From Candidatus Melainabacteria bacterium (GTDB lineage: Bacteria; Cyanobacteriota; Vampirovibrionia; 2-02-FULL-35-15): a stretch of 64,000 bases of DNA. The stretch covers positions 2,110 through 66,109 of the forward strand of contig JAHFBE010000001.1 of assembly GCA_023250205.1 (NCBI GenBank), written 5' to 3'. Under the pieces are notes generated by a model, which ran no database searches, had not been told where the DNA came from, and saw only the letters and a program-made list of their open reading frames with translations. The translations under genes were made by a program, and so were the position numbers. Shown here piece after piece: positions 15,654 through 23,815 of the stretch (position 1 is the stretch's first letter; each line of letters opens with the position of its first letter).

Positions 15654-17062
15654 ACAATGAGAACAAAAATCGTCATTGCGAGGAGGATAGCGACGAAGCA
15701 ATCTCCAAAACGTTAGGAGATTGCCGCGTCAGTGCTAATGCACCTCCTCGCAATGACAGTGAAATTCCAATCTACAACACCTTAAAAGATTACTTATCTA
15801 AAACTCCTGTTCGAATGCATGTCCCATTTCACAATGGAATTCCTAATAATGGCATTCTCCCAAAAGAACTTTACAACATAGATATTTCCGAAGTAAGCGG
15901 ATATGACATAGAAGGGGAAGACAATCCTATCTTTCAATCCGAGAAAATTACTGCTGATTTTTTTGGCGTAAAGCATTCTTTTTATTTAACCGGAGGAGCA
16001 AGCATTGGATTGTTAGCAAGTTTAATTGCACTGAATAAATATGGTAAGAAGGTAATTCTTGCAAGGAATGTTCATAAATCAGTAATCAATGGGGTGATTT
16101 TAAGCGGACTTGAACCTGTTTGGCTTGAGGTAGACTTCCTTGACAATTGGGGGATATTCTCAAAAGTTAATTCTGACAAGCTTGAACAATTGATATTAAA
16201 TGAACCAGAAGTAGCTGGATGTGTAATCGTATCTCCTACTTATGAAGGTGTCATTTCAGACATTAAATCTATTTCAGAGATTTGTCACAAGAAAAATATT
16301 CCTTTGATTGTAGATGAAGCACATGGAGCACATTTGTGGTTTTTAAGAGAACGGAAGCACGAAGTACGAGGCACGAAGCAAGAAAAAACATCTACTGGTA
16401 AGCTTAGCGCCGATCTCACCATCCAATCATGGCATAAATCTCTTGGAAGTTTAACTCAAAGTGGTGTTTTACATCTAGCAAATGAAAGATTTTTTTCGTA
16501 TAACGATATAAAACGTTCTTTAGATTTAGTTAGTTCTACAAGTCCATCTTTTTTACTTTTACTATCTCTAGAATTAACAAGAAAACATTTTTCAGAGACC
16601 AACGGTTTATTTCTTAACCAATTATTAACCCTTTCAGAATCTTTAAAATCAGAAATGAAAGAAATTCAAGATATTGAAATTTTTAATAGTGAGGATCCAT
16701 TTAAACTTTATATAAAATTAAAAAATATTTCCGGAATTGATCTTGGATTTGAATTATACAAGAATCATTCAATTGAGATTGAAAGTGCAAACGACATTGG
16801 ACTTCTAATGTTAATTGGGCGGGGATTTAACAATGAATTAAAAAATAAAATCATTAATGCAATTAAAGAAATTGCTCCATGTAAGGGCACGCCATGGCAT
16901 GCCCCAACAAAAGGCAAGCCACACACAAATAAATTTAAATCAAATCCTCGCAATGCATTCTTGAATGGATTTCAAAATAAAACAAATTGCGAATATGAAT
17001 CAGAAATAGTTGCACCATGTCCACCAGGATATGCTATGAATGTACCAGGAATGCCTACATGA
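15650..17062 (+). CDS. Orn/Lys/Arg decarboxylase family PLP enzyme (Bacillus SpeA-like)
   Basis: IPIYNTLKDY...MHVPFHNG N-terminal block, DEAHGAH and SWHKSLGSLTQSG (PLP lysine) blocks. ATGA overlap with the trmL stop. Two in-frame repeat insertions. Confidence 0.85.
   Translation: MNNENKNRHCEEDSDEAISKTLGDCRVSANAPPRNDSEIPIYNTLKDYLSKTPVRMHVPFHNGIPNNGILPKELYNIDISEVSGYDIEGEDNPIFQSEKITADFFGVKHSFYLTGGASIGLLASLIALNKYGKKVILARNVHKSVINGVILSGLEPVWLEVDFLDNWGIFSKVNSDKLEQLILNEPEVAGCVIVSPTYEGVISDIKSISEICHKKNIPLIVDEAHGAHLWFLRERKHEVRGTKQEKTSTGKLSADLTIQSWHKSLGSLTQSGVLHLANERFFSYNDIKRSLDLVSSTSPSFLLLLSLELTRKHFSETNGLFLNQLLTLSESLKSEMKEIQDIEIFNSEDPFKLYIKLKNISGIDLGFELYKNHSIEIESANDIGLLMLIGRGFNNELKNKIINAIKEIAPCKGTPWHAPTKGKPHTNKFKSNPRNAFLNGFQNKTNCEYESEIVAPCPPGYAMNVPGMPT
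15672..15756. repeat. MITE-like palindromic element inside the decarboxylase reading frame (codons 8-38)
   Basis: GTCATTGCGAGGAGGATAGCGACGAAGCAATCTCCAAAACGTTAGGAGATTGCCGCGTCAGTGCTAATGCACCTCCTCGCAATGAC; translated RHCEEDSDEAISKTLGDCRVSANAPPRNDSE. Confidence 0.85.
16354..16388. repeat. GAAGCAC-type heptamer array (5 units) inside the decarboxylase CDS
   Basis: gaagcac gaagtac gaggcac gaagcaa gaaaaaa; translated RKHEVRGTKQEK. Confidence 0.8.
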
Positions 17063-18159
17063 TAACCATAACAAATCAAGCTATTGAAACCACCACTTCA
17101 AAATATGCAATCAATGCTTTAGAAAAGAAATGTTTTTTTAAGTTAGTATGCGGCGCAAGTTTAACTGACACACAAATGATAGAAAATCTTTCATTTATTT
17201 TTACCCTTGCTGGAGCACATGTAATAGATCTGGCACCAAGTGCAGACGTGATCTTTGCAGCGAGAAGAGGAATTGAAAAAGCTCTAAGTTATCTTGAGAA
17301 ACAGAGGCATGAGGCACGAAACACGAATCATGAAGAGCAAATTTCTTTCCTGCTTCCTGCTTCCTGCTTCCTGCCTCGTCCTCCACTTCTAATGGCAAGC
17401 ATACAGCTTGACAAAGATCCACACTTTCGAAAAGCACAAGTGAACTATGATTCATGCGATCTTTGTAGTGCCTGTGTACAAATCTGCCCAACAGAAGCTT
17501 TTAAAATTGAAGACAATAAGTTTATTTATTCAGTAGAAAAATGTTTTGGCTGTGGTATTTGTCCTTCTTACTGTCATGTCTCTGCACTAAGCATGCTTGA
17601 TACAAATCCTACGCCAATAGAAACTTTCCAGGAAATGGTTTTACTTGGAGTTGAAGCAGTTGAATTTCACTTTGGAGAGAATTTTCATAGGTTAGAAGAA
17701 ATCTGGGATCAAATAAATAATCTCAGGAATAAATCCATGTTATTTTCATTCAGTATTGGAAGTGGGCTGCTCTCTGACAAACAAATTAAAAATGCTGCCA
17801 ATTTATGCTTTAAACTTGCAGGAAAAGGCATTATTTTACAATGTGATGGAACCCCAATGAGTGGTGGAAATAATAAAAATGGGAATAATAAGGATAACCC
17901 TAGCTTACAAGTTGCGAAGCTCATAGAAGAAGAAAATTTGCCAGTTTATTTACAAATATCAGGTGGGACAAATGAAAACTCTTTTGCTAAAGCAAAAGAG
18001 GCAAAAATAAATATTAACGGTGTAGCAATTGGATCTTATGCCAGAAAATTACTTATGCCCTATTTAAGCGATTTAAATGATAAAGTAAAATTTAAAGACG
18101 CAGCTAACATTGCTCGCTCATTAGTTAATTCTGTTGGAAATTGTGAGGTAACATCTTAA
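17059..18159 (+). CDS. LdpA-like protein with two 4Fe-4S ferredoxin motifs
   Basis: FFKLVCGAS N-terminal block, CDLCSACVQICP and CFGCGICPSYC cluster motifs. ATG at 17059 overlaps the upstream stop (ATGA). The LdpA assignment is from memory of the cyanobacterial protein. Confidence 0.6.
   Translation: MITITNQAIETTTSKYAINALEKKCFFKLVCGASLTDTQMIENLSFIFTLAGAHVIDLAPSADVIFAARRGIEKALSYLEKQRHEARNTNHEEQISFLLPASCFLPRPPLLMASIQLDKDPHFRKAQVNYDSCDLCSACVQICPTEAFKIEDNKFIYSVEKCFGCGICPSYCHVSALSMLDTNPTPIETFQEMVLLGVEAVEFHFGENFHRLEEIWDQINNLRNKSMLFSFSIGSGLLSDKQIKNAANLCFKLAGKGIILQCDGTPMSGGNNKNGNNKDNPSLQVAKLIEEENLPVYLQISGGTNENSFAKAKEAKININGVAIGSYARKLLMPYLSDLNDKVKFKDAANIARSLVNSVGNCEVTS
17304..17380. repeat. opposed heptamer arrays (GAGGCAC-type x5, spacer, CTTCCTG x4-5) forming an imperfect hairpin inside the LdpA-like CDS
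   Basis: gaggcat gaggcac gaaacac gaatcat gaagagc ... tttcctg cttcctg cttcctg cttcctg cctcgtc; translated RHEARNTNHEEQISFLLPASCFLPRP. Confidence 0.8.
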
Positions 18160-18160
18160 T

Positions 18161-19774
18161 ATGAAAAAAGACAGTGAAACAAAAACAATCATCTTTCAAG
18201 ATGAGGATTTCGTTCCAGCTCAGGATCTTCCTTTACTCTTAGATGTTTTGCCAGATAAAATCAGAGAATCTCTTGAAAAGCATAATTTAACCGGTTTAAT
18301 TGAAATAGTAATGGATTATGGTCGCTTACCAGAAGCAAGATTTTTTGATGGTAAAAGAATTGATCTGGAAAATGAACCCATTACCCTGGGTGATTTAAAT
18401 TATGCTGTAAACAGAGTTGGTGATTTTACATCTGACAATAGAGCCGGTATTGAAAGAACTTTACACAGAATAAGTTGTGTTAGAAATCGCCGTGGTGAAA
18501 TTATTGGCTTAACCTGCAGGGTTGGAAGAACCGTAAGCGGAACCATTGACTTAATCAGAGATCTTGTAGAATCAAAAAAATCAATTTTACTGTTAGGCTC
18601 GCCCGGGGTTGGAAAGACAACAAAATTAAGAGAAATAGCAAGAGTGCTTGCAGATGAGCTTAATAAAAGAGTAATTGTAATCGATACATCAAACGAAATT
18701 GCTGGAGATGGAGATATTCCACATGCAGGAATTGGCAGATCCCGTAGAATGCAGGTAGCCAGTCCAGAACTTCAACACGCCGTAATGACTGAAGCTGTAG
18801 AAAATCATACTCCTGAGACTATCATCATCGATGAAATTGGAACAGAGCTTGAATCTGCTGCTGCACGTACTATAGCCGAACGAGGAGTACAACTTATTGG
18901 AACAGCGCATGGAAATGCTCTTGAAAATCTTTTAAAAAATCCTGTGCTTTCAGATCTTGTTGGAGGAATACAAAATGTGACCCTTGGTGACGAAGAAGCT
19001 AAAAGAAGAGGAACACAAAAAACAATTTTAGAAAGAGCTGCTGAGCCTACATTTCAGATTGCAATTGAAATCCTTGATCACCAAAGATTAGCTATTCATA
19101 AAGATGTAGCAATTGCCGTAGACGAACTGCTTAGAGGGAGAGGTTTATTCCCTGAAATTAGAAAGCTTGACAGAGAAACAGGGAAAGTAGAAATTCTTAC
19201 CAGAAAAGAAACTGTTACAAAGAACGGACAAGTTTCATTCTCTTCTACAAGCACTGCTTTGCCTACAGTAAGCATTTACCCGTATGCAGTAAGCAGGGGA
19301 CAATTAGAGCGAGTTATCCAGGCACTTGAGCTACCAGTAAGTATTGCTAAAACAATTGATGAAGCCAGTGTTATTTTTGCACTAAAAAACTATGCCAAAC
19401 AAGGAGCAAAAATTCTAGAACTTGCAAACAAGCACAAAACTCCTTTATATGTAGTAAGAAACAATACTGTAGAAGGGATTCAAAAATCTCTTAAAGAATT
19501 GTTTCCTGACATGGTAAGTGATTTTACAGTTGAATTAGATGTTCAACTTAATGCTGATAAGGATAATGCTCTTGAGGAAACTCGTGCTGCTATAGATAAA
19601 GTTATGGACTCTGAAAAGGCTATAGATTTAAATCCAAGAAATGCAAAGATAAGAAAACTACAGCATGAACTTATTGATCAATATAAACTTGACAGTTTAA
19701 GCATTGGACAAGAACCTGACAGAAGGGTAAGAATATTTCCTCCACCTAAACCCGGTGATAAAAACGATATTTAA
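18161..19774 (+). CDS. ycf45-like AAA/P-loop ATPase with a C-terminal R3H domain
   Basis: LLGSPGVGKTT Walker A, IIIDEIG Walker B, C-terminal KIRKLQHELI...GQEPDRRVRIFP R3H-like block. Confidence 0.8.
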   Translation: MKKDSETKTIIFQDEDFVPAQDLPLLLDVLPDKIRESLEKHNLTGLIEIVMDYGRLPEARFFDGKRIDLENEPITLGDLNYAVNRVGDFTSDNRAGIERTLHRISCVRNRRGEIIGLTCRVGRTVSGTIDLIRDLVESKKSILLLGSPGVGKTTKLREIARVLADELNKRVIVIDTSNEIAGDGDIPHAGIGRSRRMQVASPELQHAVMTEAVENHTPETIIIDEIGTELESAAARTIAERGVQLIGTAHGNALENLLKNPVLSDLVGGIQNVTLGDEEAKRRGTQKTILERAAEPTFQIAIEILDHQRLAIHKDVAIAVDELLRGRGLFPEIRKLDRETGKVEILTRKETVTKNGQVSFSSTSTALPTVSIYPYAVSRGQLERVIQALELPVSIAKTIDEASVIFALKNYAKQGAKILELANKHKTPLYVVRNNTVEGIQKSLKELFPDMVSDFTVELDVQLNADKDNALEETRAAIDKVMDSEKAIDLNPRNAKIRKLQHELIDQYKLDSLSIGQEPDRRVRIFPPPKPGDKNDI

Positions 19775-20205
19775 TATTCTTCAGATTCAGAGTATTCTCC
19801 ATCATCAGAATAACTAATTGAATCATAGGAATCTTTCTTTTTCTGATCATACATCGAATGTAATATTTCAGCTTCAGAAACCATTAGCTCATGCCTTGTC
19901 CCCAAATTATCCGACAGCAAACCATTAAGTTCAGAAGGATCTAGGGTATATTGCTCTTGTCCAAAGTCAACCTTTTGAACAGTCATTACTTGAGGTTGAT
20001 CTGGCTCATTTGTGCTTTGCTGATTACTTTGGGATTCCTCATTTCTATAAACTACAAGATGAGGGTGTACCAGTAAAAATATCATATTTGATTCCAGATT
20101 TCTTACTTTACTATTAATTTCAGATAGCTTGCTCCGAATAGTTCTCAGTCGAGATTGAGGGGAGTAATCCCCTCCAGTTATTGAAGCTCCTGGTCCACCT
20201 GACAT
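19771..20205 (-). CDS. hypothetical acidic protein, 144 aa (paralogue of the next gene)
   Basis: Shares the N-terminal motif GGxYSxQSRL...KL..V...I..LE.MI with 20304-20714. Confidence 0.5.
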   Translation of the reverse strand: MSGGPGASITGGDYSPQSRLRTIRSKLSEINSKVRNLESNMIFLLVHPHLVVYRNEESQSNQQSTNEPDQPQVMTVQKVDFGQEQYTLDPSELNGLLSDNLGTRHELMVSEAEILHSMYDQKKKDSYDSISYSDDGEYSESEEY

Positions 20206-20303
20206 AAACTTTCTCCTTTTGACAAATAATTTAATCCAATTACATTAAGAACAAATAATGAGTTTGGGAGGATTTGGCTTATTTGTGAGCTTTAGCATAT
20301 GTC

Positions 20304-20714
20304 CTAGATCACATAACAAGTTTTTAAATCTTGCTCATCAATCCCTTTATTTTTCTTCATTTCCTCGGCCTTATCAGATAACCCCCTCTTACAAACCCTC
20401 AGGCTATATTCCATATCTAAATTATTATTAAATTCTGCAAGGAGCTTTGCTGGTATAGAAACTACAAAACGAACACCTGTTGGATAATTATTTTCTCTTT
20501 CAAAAGTCGTTGATTGACTGTTTTCAGAATCTTGCTCCATATTATTAAAGTCAATTACTTCAATTGGACTTAATATACCAGTCCCAATCATAGCTTCAAG
20601 CTCATGGATTCTTCGCTCTACATTTGCAAGCTTGATGGATACCTCATCAAGGCGAGATTGTAGTGAATATCCCCCAATGACACTAGATGTTACATTTCCA
20701 TTTGAATCAAACAT
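20304..20714 (-). CDS. hypothetical protein, 136 aa (paralogue of the previous gene)
   Basis: N-terminal IGGYSLQSRLDEVSIKLANVERRIHELEAMI. Confidence 0.5.
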   Translation of the reverse strand: MFDSNGNVTSSVIGGYSLQSRLDEVSIKLANVERRIHELEAMIGTGILSPIEVIDFNNMEQDSENSQSTTFERENNYPTGVRFVVSIPAKLLAEFNNNLDMEYSLRVCKRGLSDKAEEMKKNKGIDEQDLKTCYVI

Positions 20715-20804
20715 ATCAACCCTGCCATTCCACGATGAAAAGATATAACACTTACTAAGTTAAGATGAGGTAAAAATTCTTATTTAATCATACGATTAGA
20801 CTAC

Positions 20805-21572
20805 TTAATGCATGCAAAGTCCACCACATATATTAATTGATTGTCCTGTTATAGCAGAAGCATAGTCGCTAGCTAGATATAAAGCCAGATACCCAACCTC
20901 TTTTGGATGAACATATCTTCCAATAGGCACAGCTTCAATGCAAGAAGTTTTCAGTTCATCAAATGGGATTTCATGATACTTTGCATATTTTGCATCATGC
21001 AAAATTTCTTCCGCCATTGCTGTTTCTGTCCAGCCTGGACAAATAGCATTAACAGTAATGTTTTCTCTTGCTACTTCCTGAGCTAGTGTTTGAGTAAGTC
21101 CAACCATTGCAAACTTTGATGCATTATATGCTCCTGAAAAAGAATATCCAATTTTGCCACAAATAGATGCAATATTTATAACCCTTCCTGATTTGTTTTT
21201 TCTCATTTTTCCTATTGCAGCTTTTGAAGAATAAAAAGCACCATTTAAATTTATATCTATTACTTCATTCCACTTATTAACATCAATATCTTCTATAGTG
21301 TCATTAATATGGACTCCTGCATTATTAACCAAAATATCAACATGATTAATTTCATCAAATACAGCTTTTACATTTTCAAAGCTTGAAACATCAAGGATTT
21401 TAAAAATCGCGTTTTTTATTCTTTTCACGTTCTCTTCTAATTTTGATTTATTTCTTGAAAGAAGAATTACAGAAGCACCACTTTCAGAAAACACTTCAGC
21501 AATTGCCTGACCAATTCCCTGACTTGCTCCAGTGATAGCTACTGTTTTACCTGTTAAGTTAATCGTAAACAT
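20805..21572 (-). CDS. short-chain dehydrogenase/reductase (FabG / 3-hydroxybutyrate dehydrogenase-like)
   Basis: TGASQGIG, NNAG and YNASKFAMVGLT motifs. Confidence 0.85.
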   Translation of the reverse strand: MFTINLTGKTVAITGASQGIGQAIAEVFSESGASVILLSRNKSKLEENVKRIKNAIFKILDVSSFENVKAVFDEINHVDILVNNAGVHINDTIEDIDVNKWNEVIDINLNGAFYSSKAAIGKMRKNKSGRVINIASICGKIGYSFSGAYNASKFAMVGLTQTLAQEVARENITVNAICPGWTETAMAEEILHDAKYAKYHEIPFDELKTSCIEAVPIGRYVHPKEVGYLALYLASDYASAITGQSINICGGLCMH

Positions 21573-21595
21573 AACAGTATTTTAGCGCATCTTCA

Positions 21596-23680
21596 TTATT
21601 CAAGCCATGGTTCTTTTCCTTCATTTTTCTTCAATTGAAGTTTAACGTCTTCCGGTAACTCATCAAAAGAGATTTCTCTAGTCTCGCTAGAAATCAAACG
21701 TCCAGAATATTCTATAGGGAACTTAACTGCCAGCGTAGATATTCTTGCTTTTTGTTGCTCTACTCCAATTCTATTTTCAAGCTCAGTAACTCTATCTAAT
21801 AAAGCTTGATCCATAACTCTGTTTTTTGGATCTAAGCACTTTTCATCTAACGAAGCTTCAAGAGTTTTGATTTGTTTTAATTCCAAATCATTTTTTCCCA
21901 GAAGTTCAGAAAATCTCTCTAGCAATTTAGACTGTGGTGACATTTGTGTTAGAGTATCTCTTATTTCACATCTAACATCATGGAGCAATTTTCGGGCTTC
22001 ATGATATTTATCATCAATAAATGTTCCAATCTTACAAATATCTCTTTGTAGATCCATCTGATTTGCACTGGTTCTCAATTGAGCTTCTTTTTGAATTAAT
22101 TCTTCAAGCCTCATATCTGTTTTTAAAAGAGAAGAGATTTCATCACTTTTAATTAGATTTCTAAGTTCTCTATCACTCTCTGAATACCTAATTTTTGCTA
22201 CATGTAACTTATTAGATTCTTTAACCATAGATGGATCCTGCTGTGCTGTTCTAAGTTCACGCAAAGAACTTACATATTGTTCTCCAAGTCCACCTTGCTC
22301 ATAGATTTTCTCTCTTGCCTGTAACATCTCAATCTTATACTCTGGAGTACTAGCACTATCTTTTTCAATGACTGTACCTGCAAAATTACACTGACTTTCT
22401 TCAGGACATAATACATAATCAATCGCTTCAGATACTGAAGGTAAGCTTTGTGATTGAATTCGAAGACAGGCTTTCAAGTTTCCCTCAATTAATCGTAAAA
22501 AATTACTTGCTGAGTCTTTGAAGAATTCTCTGGCAGCTTCTGAGCCTTGAAACTCTTCTCTGAATTCATTCTTTGCCTGCTCTGGCAATCCATTGAACAC
22601 TTGGCCTGGTATTGTGATTTTCATTGCAAAAGAAGGCATTAATTTTCCTGTTACCAGATCAAATCTACACAATTGTGTTTCAATCAGATTTGAAAGCGCA
22701 AGTTTTGCAGAATCATGATCTTCAAACAAGTCCATAAAATCACTGTGTCTTTTAGCTATATTAAATAATTCTTCCTTGCCTTGTTCTGTCAGCTTTTTAT
22801 TCTCAATGTGTGTTTCTCCTTCCTCTTCACGCTCTACTTTTACCCTTCCACTGTCAAGATGCAAGAGAGTTTCTTCTAAGAACTGTGCAATTTCTTGCCG
22901 CATTAAAGATGAGGGTATATATAAAAGCTCAGAAAATCCTATAGATGAAAAAACGGTTGTACTCCCTTTAGTAATTTCATCCTTAAGTCCTTTACAAATA
23001 GCACCTGCCAATTCTTCTTCTGTCAGGAACGATCTGCCTAATGCATTTAGTGCGTGATTTTGTTCATGAGCACTAAATTCAGAAGCACTTGCAAATCCTG
23101 CTCTTACAAGATGAACTGCAACACCTGTTTTATGAATCTCAAAGATATAAGCTCCTCCCACATTATCTCCAAATTTAGCTCCCTTAATTTGTTCTATAAC
23201 TTCACGTGGCAATACCTTAGATACTAATTCTTCAGGTAATCCTTTTAAAATATCAAGTGGTAATTTGGGAATAATCCCTTTAAGCACTCCTAAAGGGAGG
23301 CTACTCAGCATTGGGACCATAGCAGCAGCTTTTAATTCTAAAGCTTTATCTACTGAAACAATTTCAGGGATTAATTTTAAGACCTTAGCAGGATCTAACT
23401 TTAATTCTTTTGCTATTCTTTCAATCCACTTATTACCCGATTCCTGACAGTCCCTTATAATTTCTTCATCAGTGAAACTTAAATTTGGTGAGGATTGAAC
23501 TCTTGCTACAGATACTTTCTTTAGTGTCCCAGCTTGTTCTGCCCTATCAAGCAAACCATCTAAAACATCTGATACATTATCAACACGAGCTACTTCAATC
23601 TGTGCAGGTTTTTGCCCAGAAGCTGATGTGTCTTTAACTATTGGAGTTCCTTCTATTCCTTGAATTCCTACCGGTTTCAA
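21596..23680 (-). CDS. large hypothetical protein, 694 aa, with an HExxH motif and a coiled-coil C-terminal third
   Basis: Long ORF with a TTG start in the track; AHEQNHAL at 23054-23068; heptad-rich C-terminus. Confidence 0.6.
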   Translation of the reverse strand: MKPVGIQGIEGTPIVKDTSASGQKPAQIEVARVDNVSDVLDGLLDRAEQAGTLKKVSVARVQSSPNLSFTDEEIIRDCQESGNKWIERIAKELKLDPAKVLKLIPEIVSVDKALELKAAAMVPMLSSLPLGVLKGIIPKLPLDILKGLPEELVSKVLPREVIEQIKGAKFGDNVGGAYIFEIHKTGVAVHLVRAGFASASEFSAHEQNHALNALGRSFLTEEELAGAICKGLKDEITKGSTTVFSSIGFSELLYIPSSLMRQEIAQFLEETLLHLDSGRVKVEREEEGETHIENKKLTEQGKEELFNIAKRHSDFMDLFEDHDSAKLALSNLIETQLCRFDLVTGKLMPSFAMKITIPGQVFNGLPEQAKNEFREEFQGSEAAREFFKDSASNFLRLIEGNLKACLRIQSQSLPSVSEAIDYVLCPEESQCNFAGTVIEKDSASTPEYKIEMLQAREKIYEQGGLGEQYVSSLRELRTAQQDPSMVKESNKLHVAKIRYSESDRELRNLIKSDEISSLLKTDMRLEELIQKEAQLRTSANQMDLQRDICKIGTFIDDKYHEARKLLHDVRCEIRDTLTQMSPQSKLLERFSELLGKNDLELKQIKTLEASLDEKCLDPKNRVMDQALLDRVTELENRIGVEQQKARISTLAVKFPIEYSGRLISSETREISFDELPEDVKLQLKKNEGKEPWLE

Positions 23681-23815
23681 ATTAAACTCCTTTTTAATTG
23701 TTCAGTTAATATATAATTTCTTAAAAATACAAAGTAAAGTTAAAAAAAATTTTGACCAAGGTTTGGTTAAGAACTATTGCTAAAAGGGCTGCTAAAATAA
23801 TAAAGCTCTAAAATT

